Virus record (IMG/VR): IMGVR_UViG_3300025723_000026
Coordinates: 12,301 to 76,300 of that record
Source: a virus
Taxonomy: Duplodnaviria; Caudoviricetes
DNA: 64,000 bases
Strand: one strand, 5' to 3'
Below are positions 43,930 to 54,346 of the stretch, in pieces (the first letter of the stretch is position 1; every line of letters starts with the position of its first letter). The notes under the pieces were generated by a model that had not been told where the DNA came from, made no database searches, and worked only from the letters and a program-made list of their open reading frames with translations. The position numbers were made by a program, and so were the translations under genes.

Positions 43930-46900
43930 ATGGAGGTTATTTCCTTAAATTCTACAAATTATATTGGTCTTTCGACCAAATATAGCCCTGATAATTTATT
44001 ACAGTTTAGTCAAAACGTTTATTGCACTGAACAAGGTATAAATCTGCCTCTCTCTCAAGTTCTATCTCAAGCTAACGATACATCTACAAATAATTATTCA
44101 AATTTATTTTTATCACAAACCATACCACTTACAAGCGCTGCGTATATCGAGAATCTTGAATATATACCTGATGACGGGTTTACGACGTATCTTGTTGCTA
44201 ACGCACAAGACGGAATCACCGAAACGTCTAATTTTCTTGTCGTTCAGGAGCCTGCGTCAAGTACTTCAACTGCTTCAATATCGATGTCTGGTTTATCAGC
44301 GTATCTCGATAATAGATACATGTTTACTATTAAGTTTCATACTTTTGATCTCTGTAAAATAGAGCACGTAAACGCAAACGTGGTACGATATTTAACGGTA
44401 GGTTCAGATTTAGGTTTATACTTTAGATCTGATATGAGCGAAGATTATCTAGGTGATCAAAGCCATCAGATGTTTAATTATCTCTATAATCGACAGGATA
44501 ATATTTTTATATTATCGAAAAAACTTCAAGATGTTCCGCATTATTTTGGGTACGATGCTGTAACACAGACATTAACTGGTTTGCCTGCTGTATCAGGTTT
44601 ACCTTCATGGCCCTCGTCAGCTGAATTAGTATGCATAGGTCGACCAGTTGAACCTAACAATACTGTTTTACTTGATCCTTGGGTTAGTTATAATCAAAAT
44701 TTTCTTACAAATACTCAAGATATTAATATAGGTGGTTCAACTCAGAGTATTAATTCTAACCTTCTCCTTCATAGTCAATATCTCAATCTAACAGGTGGCT
44801 CCCTTGACGTTAATGCTATATCACTAAAAACAACCAATACACCTGAAAACTATCAATCAAGAAATAACCCGTTTCAAGCCAATAAATCGCAATTTTTAAA
44901 TGAAAGTGATGCAGAGATGCGAGATTATAAAGCTTTATTTACAGGTTCAAATCAAACGTTTGGTAATGATAACATTACACTTGGTTATGAATCATATACC
45001 ACAGATGTTGTACTAAAAGGTGACAAAGTAACGTACTTTCATATACCACAATCCCTTTACCCGTTCCTTCAGCTTAATGTTAATGATTCAGGTTTAATTC
45101 AGGCAGGTGCTATCGCTGGTGATCACCCTGTTAAGTCTGATAAAGTTTTTAAAAAGCTTGCTGATGCAAAAAATACATCACCTTACGGTAATACATCAGG
45201 TGAGACAAACGGAACATTTCTTTGCAGTTGGTTATCAGGTAGTACAGATATTACAGCGCTACCAATTTGGGTGGATAGGTATTACAACCCTTCTAAGGTA
45301 TCATTTGTAGCAGCACTAACAACAAGATCACTTAGAGCTGTTACATATTCGACGGCATTTGAAGGATTAGTTCAGGAATCCGGTCCTATTCCAGATACTG
45401 ATATTGTAATAGATGTTCCTTCAAGTCTTACTTTTGAGCCTGGTGCTTATTATGCTTATCACCACTATGGTCCTAATGATGTAGTAAATTATTTAAAAAT
45501 ATTTTCTCCTTTTATTGCTGAAAAAGATCTTCCCAACTATTACACTACGAATGACGCTGATGCGGTACCTAATTATACACCTGAGCTCGAGTATACATTT
45601 AATGGTAACGAGTATGCTGTGACAGACTCACTATCTAGTATACAGAACTCTAATCAATTTACACTGTGTTTTGATATGCATAATCAAAATTGGAAAGTAC
45701 CGTTTGCCAATCAAATTGTAGGTAATTTATTAAATGATGGGTTCGGTGTTTTTAACGAAAATATTATTACACCAACTATTTTTGTCAATACTCTTACAAG
45801 TCTTGACGTACTTAATACTGATTTGGTAAAATTAGATACAGTAACCTATCCAACAACAGCTCTTGCTTTCATTCGCCCTAATTTTATTGAAAATTATTCG
45901 GTTGTTTTTAGTGATGGTTACTTGAGACAGTATACATGTAACAATCAATTAATACGTCAAACGTTCTCACCATATCTATCGAACACAATTTTTGTAACAA
46001 ATACAGATACTACTGCGTATATATTATGTCCTAATACAACTTCTGCGATAATACTCTCAGCAAATTTAATTACTAACACTGTTACACCTATTAACCTATC
46101 AAATATTGCTTATAACTCTTATGTTGCAGGGTCAGGACAAACATTACCAACACAAGCATCGCATTCTGTAGCTGTATACAATAATAATTTCTATTTTACG
46201 CCTAGCCATACAGCTAAACGTGCAGGAAATAACATTTACTATCGTGACTCTAGTACAGGCTACCGCTCTCTTATAAAATGGGATATAAGCAATACTAACT
46301 CACGCCCTGTTACAGCCTTCAACATACCCTCTTCTGCAGGTACAACAATAAATGATTTTAATATTGACTTTAACGGTAACATTTGGATTTTAAATAGCGC
46401 AAACAAATATTATAAGTTTACACAAAATAATGAATTAGTACTTTCAGGTACATTGACATCAAATACACCGATTACAACCGTACAGTCATTAACAGGAAAT
46501 GGTACAACAACGATATATTCTATTTCTGCTTCAACTGTACTTACATCCAATGATCTTACAGTAACCGTTAATAACACCATATTAAGACCAACCTTTGATT
46601 ATAACTTAAGTGGTTATAATGTTATTTTTTCTAATCCACCACTATCAGGTGTATACGGTACTATTTCATATACTCAAAATCTTGATACATTTACAAATAC
46701 AAGTGTTAATTTTATATCAGAGTTTTATAATAGCATATATTATAATAATGTTGTTTTTGCTCGAAAAGGTCAAGCATATCAAACACTATCCAATACTGTT
46801 ACTGCTCTCTCGACATCGCCCGCCTATCAGTTTCTAATATATGATACTTTAGGTAATCAATTATCAAGTATATTTTACTTTACACCTACTGCAACACCGT

Positions 46901-47592
46901 TAAACGGGCTATCGCTTACAAATTCTAACTACTTACGTGAATTTATTCAGGGTACATATCCAGCATCAAATTTTAATATTAAGGCTGTCACCACAAATAT
47001 ATACGATAAAGCCGATGTAAGTACAAATGAGATTATATTTGACCTCTCGACTCTAGATCCCGGTTACCATCATTTTGCTATTCGGTTTGATAGCTATAAC
47101 GGGTATATGTCACTCTTTGTTGATGCTCAACTCGTACAATCCATTCAATTTACACCAAGAAAGTATCAGTTTAGTAACTTACTTTATAGACCATTCCTTA
47201 TAGGCTCATCAAACTTTAATAACTCCGAGCCCTTATTTAAATATCTTCAAAAGAATCTATATCTTGCTGAAAATATTAAGATAAAAAATTTCTATCTGTA
47301 TGACACACCTTTAAATGATTACGATATTATCATGCACGCACGACAGAGTGGTAGTATGCATGATATACACTTCGACATACCCTGTGGTCGTAGAAGCTAT
47401 CTTGAAGAAATAGAACGATACTTTAAAGCAGATATACCTGGCTCGAAGTCAACACTCTATAACATAGTATTACGCAATACAGGTATTACTGATCCAGTAT
47501 TAAAGCATTCTATCGAGCAACGTGTACTCAAGACACTATCGAATTCAGCTCCGGTGTATTCTAAACTAAATACAATTAAGTGGGTCAATTAA
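43930..47592 (+). CDS. Large structural (baseplate/tail) protein with C-terminal LamG-like domain
   Basis: 1220 aa; GYHHFAIRFD....MSLFVD, IKNFYLYDTPL. Confidence 0.7.
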   Translation: MEVISLNSTNYIGLSTKYSPDNLLQFSQNVYCTEQGINLPLSQVLSQANDTSTNNYSNLFLSQTIPLTSAAYIENLEYIPDDGFTTYLVANAQDGITETSNFLVVQEPASSTSTASISMSGLSAYLDNRYMFTIKFHTFDLCKIEHVNANVVRYLTVGSDLGLYFRSDMSEDYLGDQSHQMFNYLYNRQDNIFILSKKLQDVPHYFGYDAVTQTLTGLPAVSGLPSWPSSAELVCIGRPVEPNNTVLLDPWVSYNQNFLTNTQDINIGGSTQSINSNLLLHSQYLNLTGGSLDVNAISLKTTNTPENYQSRNNPFQANKSQFLNESDAEMRDYKALFTGSNQTFGNDNITLGYESYTTDVVLKGDKVTYFHIPQSLYPFLQLNVNDSGLIQAGAIAGDHPVKSDKVFKKLADAKNTSPYGNTSGETNGTFLCSWLSGSTDITALPIWVDRYYNPSKVSFVAALTTRSLRAVTYSTAFEGLVQESGPIPDTDIVIDVPSSLTFEPGAYYAYHHYGPNDVVNYLKIFSPFIAEKDLPNYYTTNDADAVPNYTPELEYTFNGNEYAVTDSLSSIQNSNQFTLCFDMHNQNWKVPFANQIVGNLLNDGFGVFNENIITPTIFVNTLTSLDVLNTDLVKLDTVTYPTTALAFIRPNFIENYSVVFSDGYLRQYTCNNQLIRQTFSPYLSNTIFVTNTDTTAYILCPNTTSAIILSANLITNTVTPINLSNIAYNSYVAGSGQTLPTQASHSVAVYNNNFYFTPSHTAKRAGNNIYYRDSSTGYRSLIKWDISNTNSRPVTAFNIPSSAGTTINDFNIDFNGNIWILNSANKYYKFTQNNELVLSGTLTSNTPITTVQSLTGNGTTTIYSISASTVLTSNDLTVTVNNTILRPTFDYNLSGYNVIFSNPPLSGVYGTISYTQNLDTFTNTSVNFISEFYNSIYYNNVVFARKGQAYQTLSNTVTALSTSPAYQFLIYDTLGNQLSSIFYFTPTATPLNGLSLTNSNYLREFIQGTYPASNFNIKAVTTNIYDKADVSTNEIIFDLSTLDPGYHHFAIRFDSYNGYMSLFVDAQLVQSIQFTPRKYQFSNLLYRPFLIGSSNFNNSEPLFKYLQKNLYLAENIKIKNFYLYDTPLNDYDIIMHARQSGSMHDIHFDIPCGRRSYLEEIERYFKADIPGSKSTLYNIVLRNTGITDPVLKHSIEQRVLKTLSNSAPVYSKLNTIKWVN

Positions 47593-47596
47593 AACA

Positions 47597-49219
47597 ATGA
47601 ATATAAACGATATTATAACCCAACAAGGCATTATTTACGATCGTTATCTCGGTTCTACATTAAGTTTACCGTATTCGAGTTTTGAATCAATTAAAATTCA
47701 ACCAAACGAAACAGTAAACAATTTTAATATTAATAATATTATTACAAAGTTGTATGATAATTATCTTTATTTGTATAAATCCGCTCATGTTGCATCAAAT
47801 GTTATTCCTATTACATCTGTCGCTGTAGCTGGTAATTATAATGGTAAATTTAACTGGTATAGTGGTCTTAGTTCAAAACAATTTAGTTCATTAGCGTCTG
47901 CATTAGGATTTGATCTTCAGGATAATCCTGGTGTACTTGCTGTCAAATATAATAGTGATCTCGATCAATATGTACTTGTTACAACAACAGGTACCGATAT
48001 TATCATTTTAAATAGCAACTCAACGTTTACCAGTATTACATCCACACTTAGCACAGGTATCACGTTTCAAGGCTCTAGTATTAATTGGCAAAAAATTCAA
48101 GATATTACGTTTGGTGATAATGATACAATGTATGTATTAGATCAAAAGGCTAATAATATCTTTTTATATGATGCCTCAGGGTTCTTAACTAGTGATAATC
48201 TATTAAAAAATATTCTTGTGTATCAAAATAGTATAGGTGGGTACGGTACGTTTATTGATAATACTAAATTTAATAATCCAGTTAGTATTGATTATTATAA
48301 TTCAACACTTTATGTTTTAGATGCAAGCAATAAATGTATAAAAACGTATGATAAAAATTTAAACTGGCTTATTACATATCGACTTTTTCAAGACTTTTTA
48401 TCCGCTGGCCCTGTTCAAATTACACATGATCAATTCGGCTATAATTATGTTCTTAACAGTAATTGGACTGTATACAAATATAGTAATGAGTTTAACACTA
48501 AAAAGTTACTCGACTTTACGGCACTATCAGCATCAGGCGATACAGTTAAACGACTTGTTTTTTCGCAATCCGATCCAAATGTTTTCTATTTTGTAACTCA
48601 AAACAATATCTATAAAAAGCTTGTAGATATACCAGGTGATACGGTAGGTAAATACAACTTAAGCGGGTTTAATATTACAAATCAATATTTTGCAACTTTT
48701 GCTACAGTATCAGCAGCAATTAATAATATGCCTTACGATTACAATTTTACAATCAGTACTCAAGCAGGTACAGTAAATAGAATTTCTCTTTTTCAAGATA
48801 ATCTCAATGTAGTGAGTATTTTAACTAACGATGTTTTTGATGTTTATCCTCTAAGCGGTATTACTATTAATAAAGAAGAATATTTACAAAATTGGGTTAT
48901 TAACAAGTCAATCTCTAAGCTCTTAATGAATCATATGAGACTCAGAGATAACATCTCGAGTAAATTTCTTTTCACACAGGATACAATTCCTGGTGATACG
49001 CTTTTAGCTGGTACTAGATATCTGCGGCCGAGTGAACTAACAAATCTACAGTTTACCCAAGACATTACAAACTTTATTGGTGTAAATGAGATTTTTCAAA
49101 ATAATATTATAAACAGACCATTTGAAAATATCTTTAATATACAGACTAACCTACTATCTGCGCTCGCTGATGATGTACGTAACTACAGTAATGTACCGCA
49201 AATTGTATATCTAAACTAA
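47597..49219 (+). CDS. NHL-type beta-propeller structural protein
   Basis: MYVLDQ..N.I and F.NPVSIDY...LYVLD..N..IK repeats. Confidence 0.7.
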   Translation: MNINDIITQQGIIYDRYLGSTLSLPYSSFESIKIQPNETVNNFNINNIITKLYDNYLYLYKSAHVASNVIPITSVAVAGNYNGKFNWYSGLSSKQFSSLASALGFDLQDNPGVLAVKYNSDLDQYVLVTTTGTDIIILNSNSTFTSITSTLSTGITFQGSSINWQKIQDITFGDNDTMYVLDQKANNIFLYDASGFLTSDNLLKNILVYQNSIGGYGTFIDNTKFNNPVSIDYYNSTLYVLDASNKCIKTYDKNLNWLITYRLFQDFLSAGPVQITHDQFGYNYVLNSNWTVYKYSNEFNTKKLLDFTALSASGDTVKRLVFSQSDPNVFYFVTQNNIYKKLVDIPGDTVGKYNLSGFNITNQYFATFATVSAAINNMPYDYNFTISTQAGTVNRISLFQDNLNVVSILTNDVFDVYPLSGITINKEEYLQNWVINKSISKLLMNHMRLRDNISSKFLFTQDTIPGDTLLAGTRYLRPSELTNLQFTQDITNFIGVNEIFQNNIINRPFENIFNIQTNLLSALADDVRNYSNVPQIVYLN

Positions 49220-49253
49220 TTGGATTTCATTACTTTTCAACTAAATAATCATA

Positions 49254-51302
49254 ATGGCCACAAATACGATTAATGTTACATCTGATACAGTAATTAAGCT
49301 TCTCATTAGACGCGGCACCGATGCAGATAGACAGAATATTATTCTTAATTCAGGAGAGTTTGGTTATGCTTATGATACAAAGCGTGTTTTTATAGGTGAT
49401 GGTGTAACGCTCGGTGGTAATATTGTTGGTAACATAAATTTTGGTATTGTACAAGGTATTGAGAATTACACATCACCATCAGTATTACCTGGTGATATGA
49501 TATATCAGTATATAACTAGTAGTGGTCAAGCTGATAATACATTATATACGTTTAACGCTGGTGAGTGGCAGTCCATAAGTCCAAAGTATAGCTTGCCTGG
49601 AAACCCTGGTACACCGGGTCCTCTTACTAATGCTCAGGGCTACGTTAATTTTAACCCGACATATTTTTATCTAGATACAACAAATTCAATTTTTAATGTA
49701 TATGGTGATCTCAATATTAAACGCGGTATAACATCCAGTACATTAAAATCAACTACTATGTCTACTGACATGGTAACTATTAATAATGAACCTGTTCACG
49801 GTACTGATGGCGTAAACCTCATTGCCTTATTGTCAGGTATTGATATTGCTGAAGCGTACGCAAGAAGTTATAATGGTGCTTACTACGTTCCGTTAAGTGG
49901 TAAAGCTACAATGTACGGTACCTTAAGTAGTACTAAAAATATCGTAGTCCCGACACCGCCTGCCAACGGCAATGACGTAACTAATAGAACATATGTGGAT
50001 AGCGTAGCTAGTAGCTCTTATGATAACGCTGTAGCTTACACGGCAAACAGGTACTTACCGCTTTCCGGTGGTACGATAAGTCATGCTAACAATACACCTG
50101 CCGTAATTATTAATCAAACTGGTGGTGGTCCAGGTGTTCCGGGTATAGCTCTTCAAATCAATGATACAAATTATGGCGCAAATCCATTTATTGTTGATAA
50201 CTTTGGTAGTGTAGGGGTCGGTGGTATTCCAGCCCCAGGTGGGGTCACACAGTTATCTATATTTGGTACGACGAGTGCGCAGGGAGATACTATACTCAAT
50301 GGAAGTCTTTCTATCAATAAAAATAACAGCGCTACTATAACTCTTGGAAGAGATGTTACTCCATATGGAAGCTTTGAGATAACAAAGGATGGCAGTAGTA
50401 ATACTTTTGATATTTCATCAAATGCCGCAGGATCTATTAGTAAGCGCTTTAGTATTGATCAATCTGGTAATGTTTCAGCAGCTATAAACGGTGGACGTAT
50501 TAATATTGGTGCTATACCTACCTCCACAACAAATAAAGTTTATGTTCAAAGAGATATTAGCAATAGTTCAACAGCCGATATACGTACAACAGATGGTACC
50601 CAGTGGATTGATATTAATAGTAATCAGTCTGTAGGGTCATGGAATCCTTTAATACAAAATAATGATGCTTCAGTAATTTATTCCGCTGGTACAATTGACA
50701 ATGCAAGCAGTGCTCTTGTCATTGGTCCTTGGTCTGCATCATCTAAGGGGCTAAGAATAGATAATAGTGGACGTATTGCTATTAATACATCTTTTACAGG
50801 TGCTACCCTTACATTAAACGGCTCATTAAGTTCCAATAGTACTATTAGTACTACAGGTGATATTAATGCAACTGGTGCTCTCCGCGTTACAGGAAATATT
50901 ACTACTGCGGGTACTATTAGCGCTACAGGAAATATTACTACTACAGGTACCATTAGCGCTGCAGGTAATATTACTACTGCAGGTAATATTAATGCTGCAG
51001 GTGATATTACAGCTTTCTACACCTCTGATAAACGTCTTAAAAATAATATTAAGTCAATTACATCAGCTCTTGATAAAATTGAAGTAATAAACGGTGTAGA
51101 ATATGACTGGAATACTGAACTTCAAGATAATCACGCCGGACACGATGTCGGTGTAATCGCTCAAGAGATTGAACATGTGTTACCTGAAGCTGTTACAACC
51201 CGTAAAGATGGGTATAAGGCGGTAAACTACGATAAGGTTATACCTCTTTTACTACAAGCTATTAAAGAACTTAAAGCCGAAGTTCAATTACTTAAAAAAT
51301 AA
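49254..51302 (+). CDS. Tail fibre with C-terminal peptidase S74 intramolecular chaperone
   Basis: N-terminal IRRGT....L..GE.GY..DTKR..IGDG...GG; C-terminal SDKRLK.NI...GVIAQE...V.Y..V..LL..AIKEL. Confidence 0.9.
   Translation: MATNTINVTSDTVIKLLIRRGTDADRQNIILNSGEFGYAYDTKRVFIGDGVTLGGNIVGNINFGIVQGIENYTSPSVLPGDMIYQYITSSGQADNTLYTFNAGEWQSISPKYSLPGNPGTPGPLTNAQGYVNFNPTYFYLDTTNSIFNVYGDLNIKRGITSSTLKSTTMSTDMVTINNEPVHGTDGVNLIALLSGIDIAEAYARSYNGAYYVPLSGKATMYGTLSSTKNIVVPTPPANGNDVTNRTYVDSVASSSYDNAVAYTANRYLPLSGGTISHANNTPAVIINQTGGGPGVPGIALQINDTNYGANPFIVDNFGSVGVGGIPAPGGVTQLSIFGTTSAQGDTILNGSLSINKNNSATITLGRDVTPYGSFEITKDGSSNTFDISSNAAGSISKRFSIDQSGNVSAAINGGRINIGAIPTSTTNKVYVQRDISNSSTADIRTTDGTQWIDINSNQSVGSWNPLIQNNDASVIYSAGTIDNASSALVIGPWSASSKGLRIDNSGRIAINTSFTGATLTLNGSLSSNSTISTTGDINATGALRVTGNITTAGTISATGNITTTGTISAAGNITTAGNINAAGDITAFYTSDKRLKNNIKSITSALDKIEVINGVEYDWNTELQDNHAGHDVGVIAQEIEHVLPEAVTTRKDGYKAVNYDKVIPLLLQAIKELKAEVQLLKK
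50586..50728 (+). repeat. 143-bp dispersed direct repeat, copy 2
   Basis: Matches 39996-40138. Confidence 0.92.
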
Positions 51303-51309
51303 AATTATC

Positions 51310-51338
51310 TTGACCTATAGTGGTACATAGCCTATTAT
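51310..51338 (+). promoter_or_regulatory. sigma70-type promoter
   Basis: TTGACC-N17-TATTAT. Confidence 0.7.
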
Positions 51339-51344
51339 AGGTAC

Positions 51345-52217
51345 ATGACCAAGATTCTCTGCATAGGCGATATTCACAATAGGTGGGTAGCTGCTGAGGC
51401 TATTGCATCGAAGTATGATGCTACTCATACCATTGTATTTGTTGGCGACTACTTCGATAACTTTCATGATACAGCTATTGACGCAGATCAAACTGCTCGT
51501 TGGTTGAAGGAGTCATTGTCAAAGCCTAATCGAATTCATCTAATGGGTAACCATGATGTTAACTACGATTACAGAAATGTTCGTGATAGTGGTCAGATTT
51601 ATCATTGTTCTGGTTATTCACCCGCTAAGGATGACGCTATTAATAGGAATATGACCAATGAAGATTGGGATAAAATCGAGATAGCTTATTATAAGAATGG
51701 TTTTTGGTTTTCTCATGCTGGATTCCATCCTTTCTGGTTTGGTAATCCTGTAACTGGGATGACTAATGAGTCTATTATAAAAAAGCTTGATAAGATTAGA
51801 CAGGACATTAAGGACAGAACTTATAGTAATGAGCTCTGTGGTGCTGGTCGATGCAGAGGAGGCAGTCATCGAGTAGGTGGTCTTCTCTGGAGAGATCAGT
51901 ATCAGGAGTCATATACTGGTGAGTACTGGAATGATCAGTCTGGTATTAAACAAGTCTGTGGTCATACTCCAATGCGCAAGGGTATTGATATAGAGGAGAC
52001 TCGAAATAAAGGACTCTGTATTGATATTGATTGTGGTCTTCAACAAGTTCTTGAAATCCTAGAAGATGGTACCTATAATATCATTGATACAGGAGTAGAG
52101 AACTTTTATCAAGAATCAGAAAGAAAGTTCCAAGAGGAGCTAATAGCTGCTAAAAAGAAACAGTATGCTTCTCTTGGAGCTTATGATGGTATCTATAACT
52201 CTTTAAACAAATCATGA
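51345..52217 (+). CDS. Calcineurin-like metallophosphoesterase
   Basis: GDIH, GDYFD, GNHD, SHAG, GHT motifs. Confidence 0.92.
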   Translation: MTKILCIGDIHNRWVAAEAIASKYDATHTIVFVGDYFDNFHDTAIDADQTARWLKESLSKPNRIHLMGNHDVNYDYRNVRDSGQIYHCSGYSPAKDDAINRNMTNEDWDKIEIAYYKNGFWFSHAGFHPFWFGNPVTGMTNESIIKKLDKIRQDIKDRTYSNELCGAGRCRGGSHRVGGLLWRDQYQESYTGEYWNDQSGIKQVCGHTPMRKGIDIEETRNKGLCIDIDCGLQQVLEILEDGTYNIIDTGVENFYQESERKFQEELIAAKKKQYASLGAYDGIYNSLNKS

Positions 52218-52570
52218 AAAAAGTAATTGTCCCAGAACAAAGAGAAGAAGCAAATTATTATTCTGATTTTTCAGGTCAGCCTCTTGGAGATGGTTACGAA
52301 CCTCCTGTTATACTAAAGCTTGAGTTTAGCTATGGATCAGAGTATGATGGATCTGAAATTACTCTACATTTGTCAGACAGAGATGTAGCACCAATTCTAG
52401 AATTAATTAGTTCAAAACTTAATCCAGATGTTCAAAAGATCTTAAAAGTTGCATTTAATGAAAATGATGAAGAGTATTTCAATGCCATTGAGGCAAGAGA
52501 TCCTATGGAGTGTGAGCATAGGATCTCTTGTAATAATCTATACAAAAAGCTTTTAGGACATGAGCGATAA
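52214..52570 (+). CDS. Hypothetical protein
   Basis: 118 aa; overlaps both neighbours. Confidence 0.7.
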   Translation: MKKVIVPEQREEANYYSDFSGQPLGDGYEPPVILKLEFSYGSEYDGSEITLHLSDRDVAPILELISSKLNPDVQKILKVAFNENDEEYFNAIEARDPMECEHRISCNNLYKKLLGHER

Positions 52571-52829
52571 AGCAAAAGACGAAGATTTTATTCCTGTATT
52601 CAGTGTAGGAATGTATAAAGGAAACCCTGCTGTAAGGACTTTAGATTATGAAGATAATCTAAGAAGTACTCAAATAGCAGGCTTTATGACAGCAATTCTA
52701 GATTGTGTAGTTGATATGGTTGATGAACAAGATCAAACAGAATTTGAAGAACAAATCCTAGAAGCATTTGAGATCTTTGTTGCTAATAGATTTGAGAACA
52801 CAAACAAATATAAAATAGAAGAAGAATAA
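52560..52829 (+). CDS. Hypothetical acidic protein
   Basis: 89 aa in operon. Confidence 0.65.
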   Translation: MSDKAKDEDFIPVFSVGMYKGNPAVRTLDYEDNLRSTQIAGFMTAILDCVVDMVDEQDQTEFEEQILEAFEIFVANRFENTNKYKIEEE

Positions 52830-52867
52830 GCTTGAAGTGTCCTAGGGTTGGATATACTATTATTGGT

Positions 52868-53524
52868 ATGAAGGATGTATTTTATAAACCTGTAAAGGTT
52901 AGCTCAACAGATCATGATGTTCTGTTCTGGGGCTGTATGCACTATGGTCATGATCCAAAATGGGATGTTCCTATCTGGAAGACCAGAGGATATAATAGTT
53001 CTGAGGAGCATGATGAGGGTCTGATTAAAAACTGGAACACAAAAGCTAATAAGAATACTATTGGTTTCCTTCTAGGTGACACTATCTTTGGCTATAAGGC
53101 TGATGAGAGGCTATTGAAGCTTTTTAACAGACTTAACTTTAAAGAGCTCTATATTCTCCCTGGTAACCATCAGGCTGGATATAAGCAGATCTTTGATTCA
53201 TTGCATGAGAATGTTCTTAATGTTGATGGTCATGAGAAGCTGATTCATTTTGTTCCAAACTATCTAGAGGTTGTAGTGAATGGGCAGGCTATTGTGCTAA
53301 GCCATTTTCCTATAATTTCTTGGAATGCTCAGGCTAAAGGATCTTATCATCTTTTTGCTCATGTTCATGGTAATCTTGGAAGATCTGAGCTTGGTAGACT
53401 CTATCTAAGCACTGGATTGAACCATGAGGTTTCTGTAGAGGTTAATCCTTTTCCTTTGACCTTTGGTGAGATTCGAGCTATCATGAGGGCAAAGAAACAA
53501 ACAGTACCAGATCATCATGAGTAA
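52868..53524 (+). CDS. Metallophosphoesterase with a Cys-substituted first motif
   Basis: FWGCMHYGH (normally DxH), LGD, PGNH, SHFP, AHVH. Confidence 0.85.
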   Translation: MKDVFYKPVKVSSTDHDVLFWGCMHYGHDPKWDVPIWKTRGYNSSEEHDEGLIKNWNTKANKNTIGFLLGDTIFGYKADERLLKLFNRLNFKELYILPGNHQAGYKQIFDSLHENVLNVDGHEKLIHFVPNYLEVVVNGQAIVLSHFPIISWNAQAKGSYHLFAHVHGNLGRSELGRLYLSTGLNHEVSVEVNPFPLTFGEIRAIMRAKKQTVPDHHE

Positions 53525-53837
53525 GAAACCAACACTAAAAGATAAAGTTAAAGTATATGAGCAATTTCTGCACAAGATTAGTATGGCTTGTACCTGTATG
53601 GATAATTTAGCCATTCAAGAGCTTGTGCAGAATGCTGATGCTTTCAGCTATGCTCATAGGCAGGGTAATGGAGAGCTTTCTGACAGACAGCAACAAGAGC
53701 TTATTAATGCTAAGTTCTGGATGCTTTTATATACACCTAAAGCAGATAAGACTAGAGAAGAGCGAAGAAAAAGGAGAGCTGAAAACAGTGATCCTGAGAT
53801 CATTAATAAAGTTTTGAGAGAGGAGGGATTAATATGA
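53517..53837 (+). CDS. Hypothetical protein
   Basis: 106 aa, overlapping neighbours. Confidence 0.7.
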   Translation: MSKKPTLKDKVKVYEQFLHKISMACTCMDNLAIQELVQNADAFSYAHRQGNGELSDRQQQELINAKFWMLLYTPKADKTREERRKRRAENSDPEIINKVLREEGLI

Positions 53838-54106
53838 AACAGGCGCCTAATCTCAGAGCTAATGAAAATGGATGTATCTTTGAAAAAGATATTCTAAAGG
53901 CTTTACCTGAAGAGCTAATCCCTTTGTGGGAGAATTATATGAGAGGTAAGACAGTTCAGGATGCAGGTTTTGATGAATGGGAGATCTATGCATATGACTA
54001 TACAACTTTTCAGGACCATATTTTAAACCTTATATGGAAGGAAGAAAGGGCTGTGTCATTAAATGAATTAACTAAACAGGCTCAAGAACTTGATATGGGA
54101 TACTAA
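53834..54106 (+). CDS. Hypothetical protein
   Basis: 90 aa; GGAGG RBS. Confidence 0.65.
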   Translation: MKQAPNLRANENGCIFEKDILKALPEELIPLWENYMRGKTVQDAGFDEWEIYAYDYTTFQDHILNLIWKEERAVSLNELTKQAQELDMGY

Positions 54107-54107
54107 T

Positions 54108-54341
54108 ATGAAAGCAGTAAGAGTTGAGTATGATTCAGATGGTGGTATAGGTAATGATGTAATGCACATTGTTGGTGCTGGTATGGTTCAAAAGTCTATG
54201 ACTAATCCTAGATTTATTATTATCAGAGCAGTTGATGAAAATAATCATATAGTAGGAGAGCCTATCAAAATTGATATGGACATTGATGTGAACTCAGTAT
54301 TAGAAACAGAATACCCTTATGAAGATTATGACAAATCATGA
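54108..54341 (+). CDS. Hypothetical protein
   Basis: MKAVRVEY..., start 1 nt after the previous stop. Confidence 0.6.
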   Translation: MKAVRVEYDSDGGIGNDVMHIVGAGMVQKSMTNPRFIIIRAVDENNHIVGEPIKIDMDIDVNSVLETEYPYEDYDKS

Positions 54342-54346
54342 TAAGA

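Noticed and set aside
30508-51302. Diversity-generating retroelement in the fibre genes
   Set aside because: The 143-bp repeat differs at C/T positions, not adenines, and no reverse transcriptase is in the window
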